64,000 nt of DNA, from assembly GCA_030447415.1 (NCBI GenBank), contig JAUJOZ010000002.1, positions 147,351-211,350 of the forward strand, in the 5' to 3' direction. The position numbers and the translations under genes are program-made. The DNA comes from Thermomicrobiales bacterium. GTDB lineage: Bacteria; Chloroflexota; Chloroflexia; Thermomicrobiales; UBA6265. Positions within the stretch are counted from its first letter, which is position 1. Each line of letters begins with the position of its first letter. The notes beneath the pieces are model-generated. The model made no database searches. It was not told the origin of the DNA and saw nothing but the letters and a program-made list of their open reading frames with translations. This document shows, in pieces, positions 62,062-64,000 of this stretch.

Positions 62062-63819
62062 ATGAAGCCAAAGCAGTTGTGGTCGATCATCGTCCTCGTC
62101 AGCCTGCTCGCGGCCGCGGCCGCCGTCCCGACCAGGGCGGCGCAGTCCGACGCTGAGCGGGAAGAATCGTTCAAGATGGCCATCGGCGGCCGTATTACCG
62201 ACCCGACCAACCTGAACATCTACGCTCCCGGCGTGAGCCGGTCGGACACCGGTCTCCACCAACTGATCTATGAGTACTTCTTCTACTACAACCTGCAGAC
62301 CGGGGAGTTCATCCCCTGGCTGGCCGAGAGCTATGAATACGCCGACGACTTCTCCAGCCTGACCGTCAAGCTGCGCGACGGCGTGACCTGGAGCGACGGC
62401 GAGCCCTTCACCCCGGACGACGTCGTCTTCACCTATGACCTGCTCCGCGAGAACCCGGGCATGGTCTGGGCGGAGAGCGCCAACGAGTCGGTCGAGTCGG
62501 TCGAGGCGGTCGACGACCTGACCGTCCGCTTCAACCTGACCGAGCCCAACCCGCGCTACCACCTTAATCGCGAGGCGTTCCCCGCGGTCGGCATCTGGGG
62601 TGGTATCACGATCCTTCCCAAGCACATCTGGGAGAAGGAAGCCGACCCCCTGACCTTCAAGAACTCGGACCCGATCGGGACCGGCCCGTACCGGCTCGCC
62701 GACGCCAACGAGACGGCGATGACCTACGAGCGCCGCGACGACTGGTGGGGGACGACCGTCTTCGAGGTCACACCGGGACCCCGCGTGATGCAGTTCGTCT
62801 ACGTCGGCCCTGAGACGAACATCGCGCTGGCCCTGACCAACAACGAGCTGGACGTGTCGCCGATCGGCGTCCTCTCGCCGGGCTCCTTCCTCGAGGTCAC
62901 CCGTCGCAACCCCAACGTCCGCGCCTGGTCAACCGAGCCGCCCTACGCCTGGTTGGACCCCTGCCCGCGGGCGATGATGGTCCAGAACGCCACCCCGCCG
63001 CTCGACAAGCCGGAAGTGCGCCGGGCGCTCTCCTTCCTGCTCGACCGGCAGGCGATCGCCGACCTGGCCTACGAGGGGACCACCGTCCCCGCCTGGGGCA
63101 TCTGGCCCGAGTACGAAGGGAACCAGCCGTACTTCGAGGCCGTCGCCGACCTGCGCGAGCAGTACCCCCCGACCGACCAGCACGACCCGGAGCAGGCCGA
63201 GGAGTTGCTGAGCCAGGCGGGCGTGGCGCCCGAGGACCTGTCGCTCCGGTACGTGGTCAACTCTGAATCGGCCGAAGAGATGAAGATGTCAACGGTGATT
63301 GCCGACCAGCTCGGCGCCGCCGGCATCGAGGTCGAGGTCCAGCCGCTCGCCGACTCCGCACTCGAGGACGCGATTCGGCGGGGCGAGTACGACATCAAGG
63401 TTCACTCCTTCTGCCCCGGCTACATCGTCGAGAACCTGGACCTCTTCCACAGCAAGAACTACAAGCCCCTCGGCGAGCCGGTCGACTTCTTCGAGAACAA
63501 CTCCTTCCGCTACCAAAACCCGGAGTTCGACGCCATCGTCGACCAGATGTTCGAAGTGGCGCCCGACGACACGGAGACGCTGACGGGCCTGTACCACGAC
63601 GCCTTGGAGATCTGGTTGCGGGATCTGCCGGTCGTGCCGGTGGTCCAGGCGCCGGCGTTGGTGCCGTTCAACGCCACCTACTGGGAGGGCTGGCCGACGG
63701 CCGAAGATCCCTGGAACATGCCGGTCAACTGGTGGGCGACCTTCAACCTGGTCGTCAACGGCTACCCCGACCCCGAGACCGGCGAGTGGGTCGGCGGTCT
63801 CAAGCCGGCCGGAAGCTAA
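62062..63819 (+). CDS. family 5 ABC substrate-binding protein
   Basis: signal peptide; PWLAES, LRDGVTWSDGEPFTPDDVVFT, IGTGPY. Confidence 0.92.
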   Translation: MKPKQLWSIIVLVSLLAAAAAVPTRAAQSDAEREESFKMAIGGRITDPTNLNIYAPGVSRSDTGLHQLIYEYFFYYNLQTGEFIPWLAESYEYADDFSSLTVKLRDGVTWSDGEPFTPDDVVFTYDLLRENPGMVWAESANESVESVEAVDDLTVRFNLTEPNPRYHLNREAFPAVGIWGGITILPKHIWEKEADPLTFKNSDPIGTGPYRLADANETAMTYERRDDWWGTTVFEVTPGPRVMQFVYVGPETNIALALTNNELDVSPIGVLSPGSFLEVTRRNPNVRAWSTEPPYAWLDPCPRAMMVQNATPPLDKPEVRRALSFLLDRQAIADLAYEGTTVPAWGIWPEYEGNQPYFEAVADLREQYPPTDQHDPEQAEELLSQAGVAPEDLSLRYVVNSESAEEMKMSTVIADQLGAAGIEVEVQPLADSALEDAIRRGEYDIKVHSFCPGYIVENLDLFHSKNYKPLGEPVDFFENNSFRYQNPEFDAIVDQMFEVAPDDTETLTGLYHDALEIWLRDLPVVPVVQAPALVPFNATYWEGWPTAEDPWNMPVNWWATFNLVVNGYPDPETGEWVGGLKPAGS

Positions 63820-63824
63820 GCGCG

Positions 63825-63927
63825 GAGACGGAAGACGGAAGACGGAGGACGGAAGTCGGTAGCGACCAGGCTCACGCCACTGTGCCGCGGTCCCTGACGA
63901 CTCCCGTCGCTCGTCTTCCGTCTCCCG
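63825..63927. repeat. heptamer tandem repeats with an inverted counterpart
   Basis: GAGACGG/AAGACGG run at 63825-63859 and TCTTCCGTCTCC at about 63914. Confidence 0.55.
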
Positions 63928-63946
63928 CCTGAACGGGGTACGGGAC

Positions 63947-64000
63947 ATGGGCGCATTCGGGAGCTACCTGGCCGAACGCATCGTCATCTTCATCGCCACC
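63947..64000 (+). CDS. start of an ABC permease (OppB-like), partial
   Basis: MGAFGSYLAERIVIFIAT; position after the SBP gene. Confidence 0.6.
   Translation, partial: MGAFGSYLAERIVIFIAT

Overview
High-GC bacterial DNA, probably Chloroflexota (Thermomicrobiales-like; inferred from Tat-type leaders such as FDDFARRLA..RR and from gene content). Many single-base frameshifts in otherwise intact genes (metH, erm, coxM/G, FAH, GH38, HAD) look like long-read indel errors. Layout: 1-10.5 kb housekeeping (PLD, pntAAB, recQ). 10.6-22.4 kb accessory island: an IS630 and several transposase-less, inverted-repeat-bounded passenger-gene modules stacked end-to-end at shared (C)TAG joints; paired 22-bp palindromes; and an Xre + large serine recombinase lying between a full HAD gene and an inverted, truncated HAD copy. 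22.5-39.4 kb: M20 / GS-like / amidohydrolase operon, an erm methyltransferase with an RIR leader peptide, metH and small regulators. 39.6-50.1 kb: an unusual catabolic operon joining a split PEP-synthase-like dikinase to a Mo-hydroxylase, cyclase, FAH and ABM. 50.5-64 kb: GH38, sugar ABC, a GntR-SBP fusion regulator and an Opp-type ABC. No rRNA, tRNA or CRISPR array seen.
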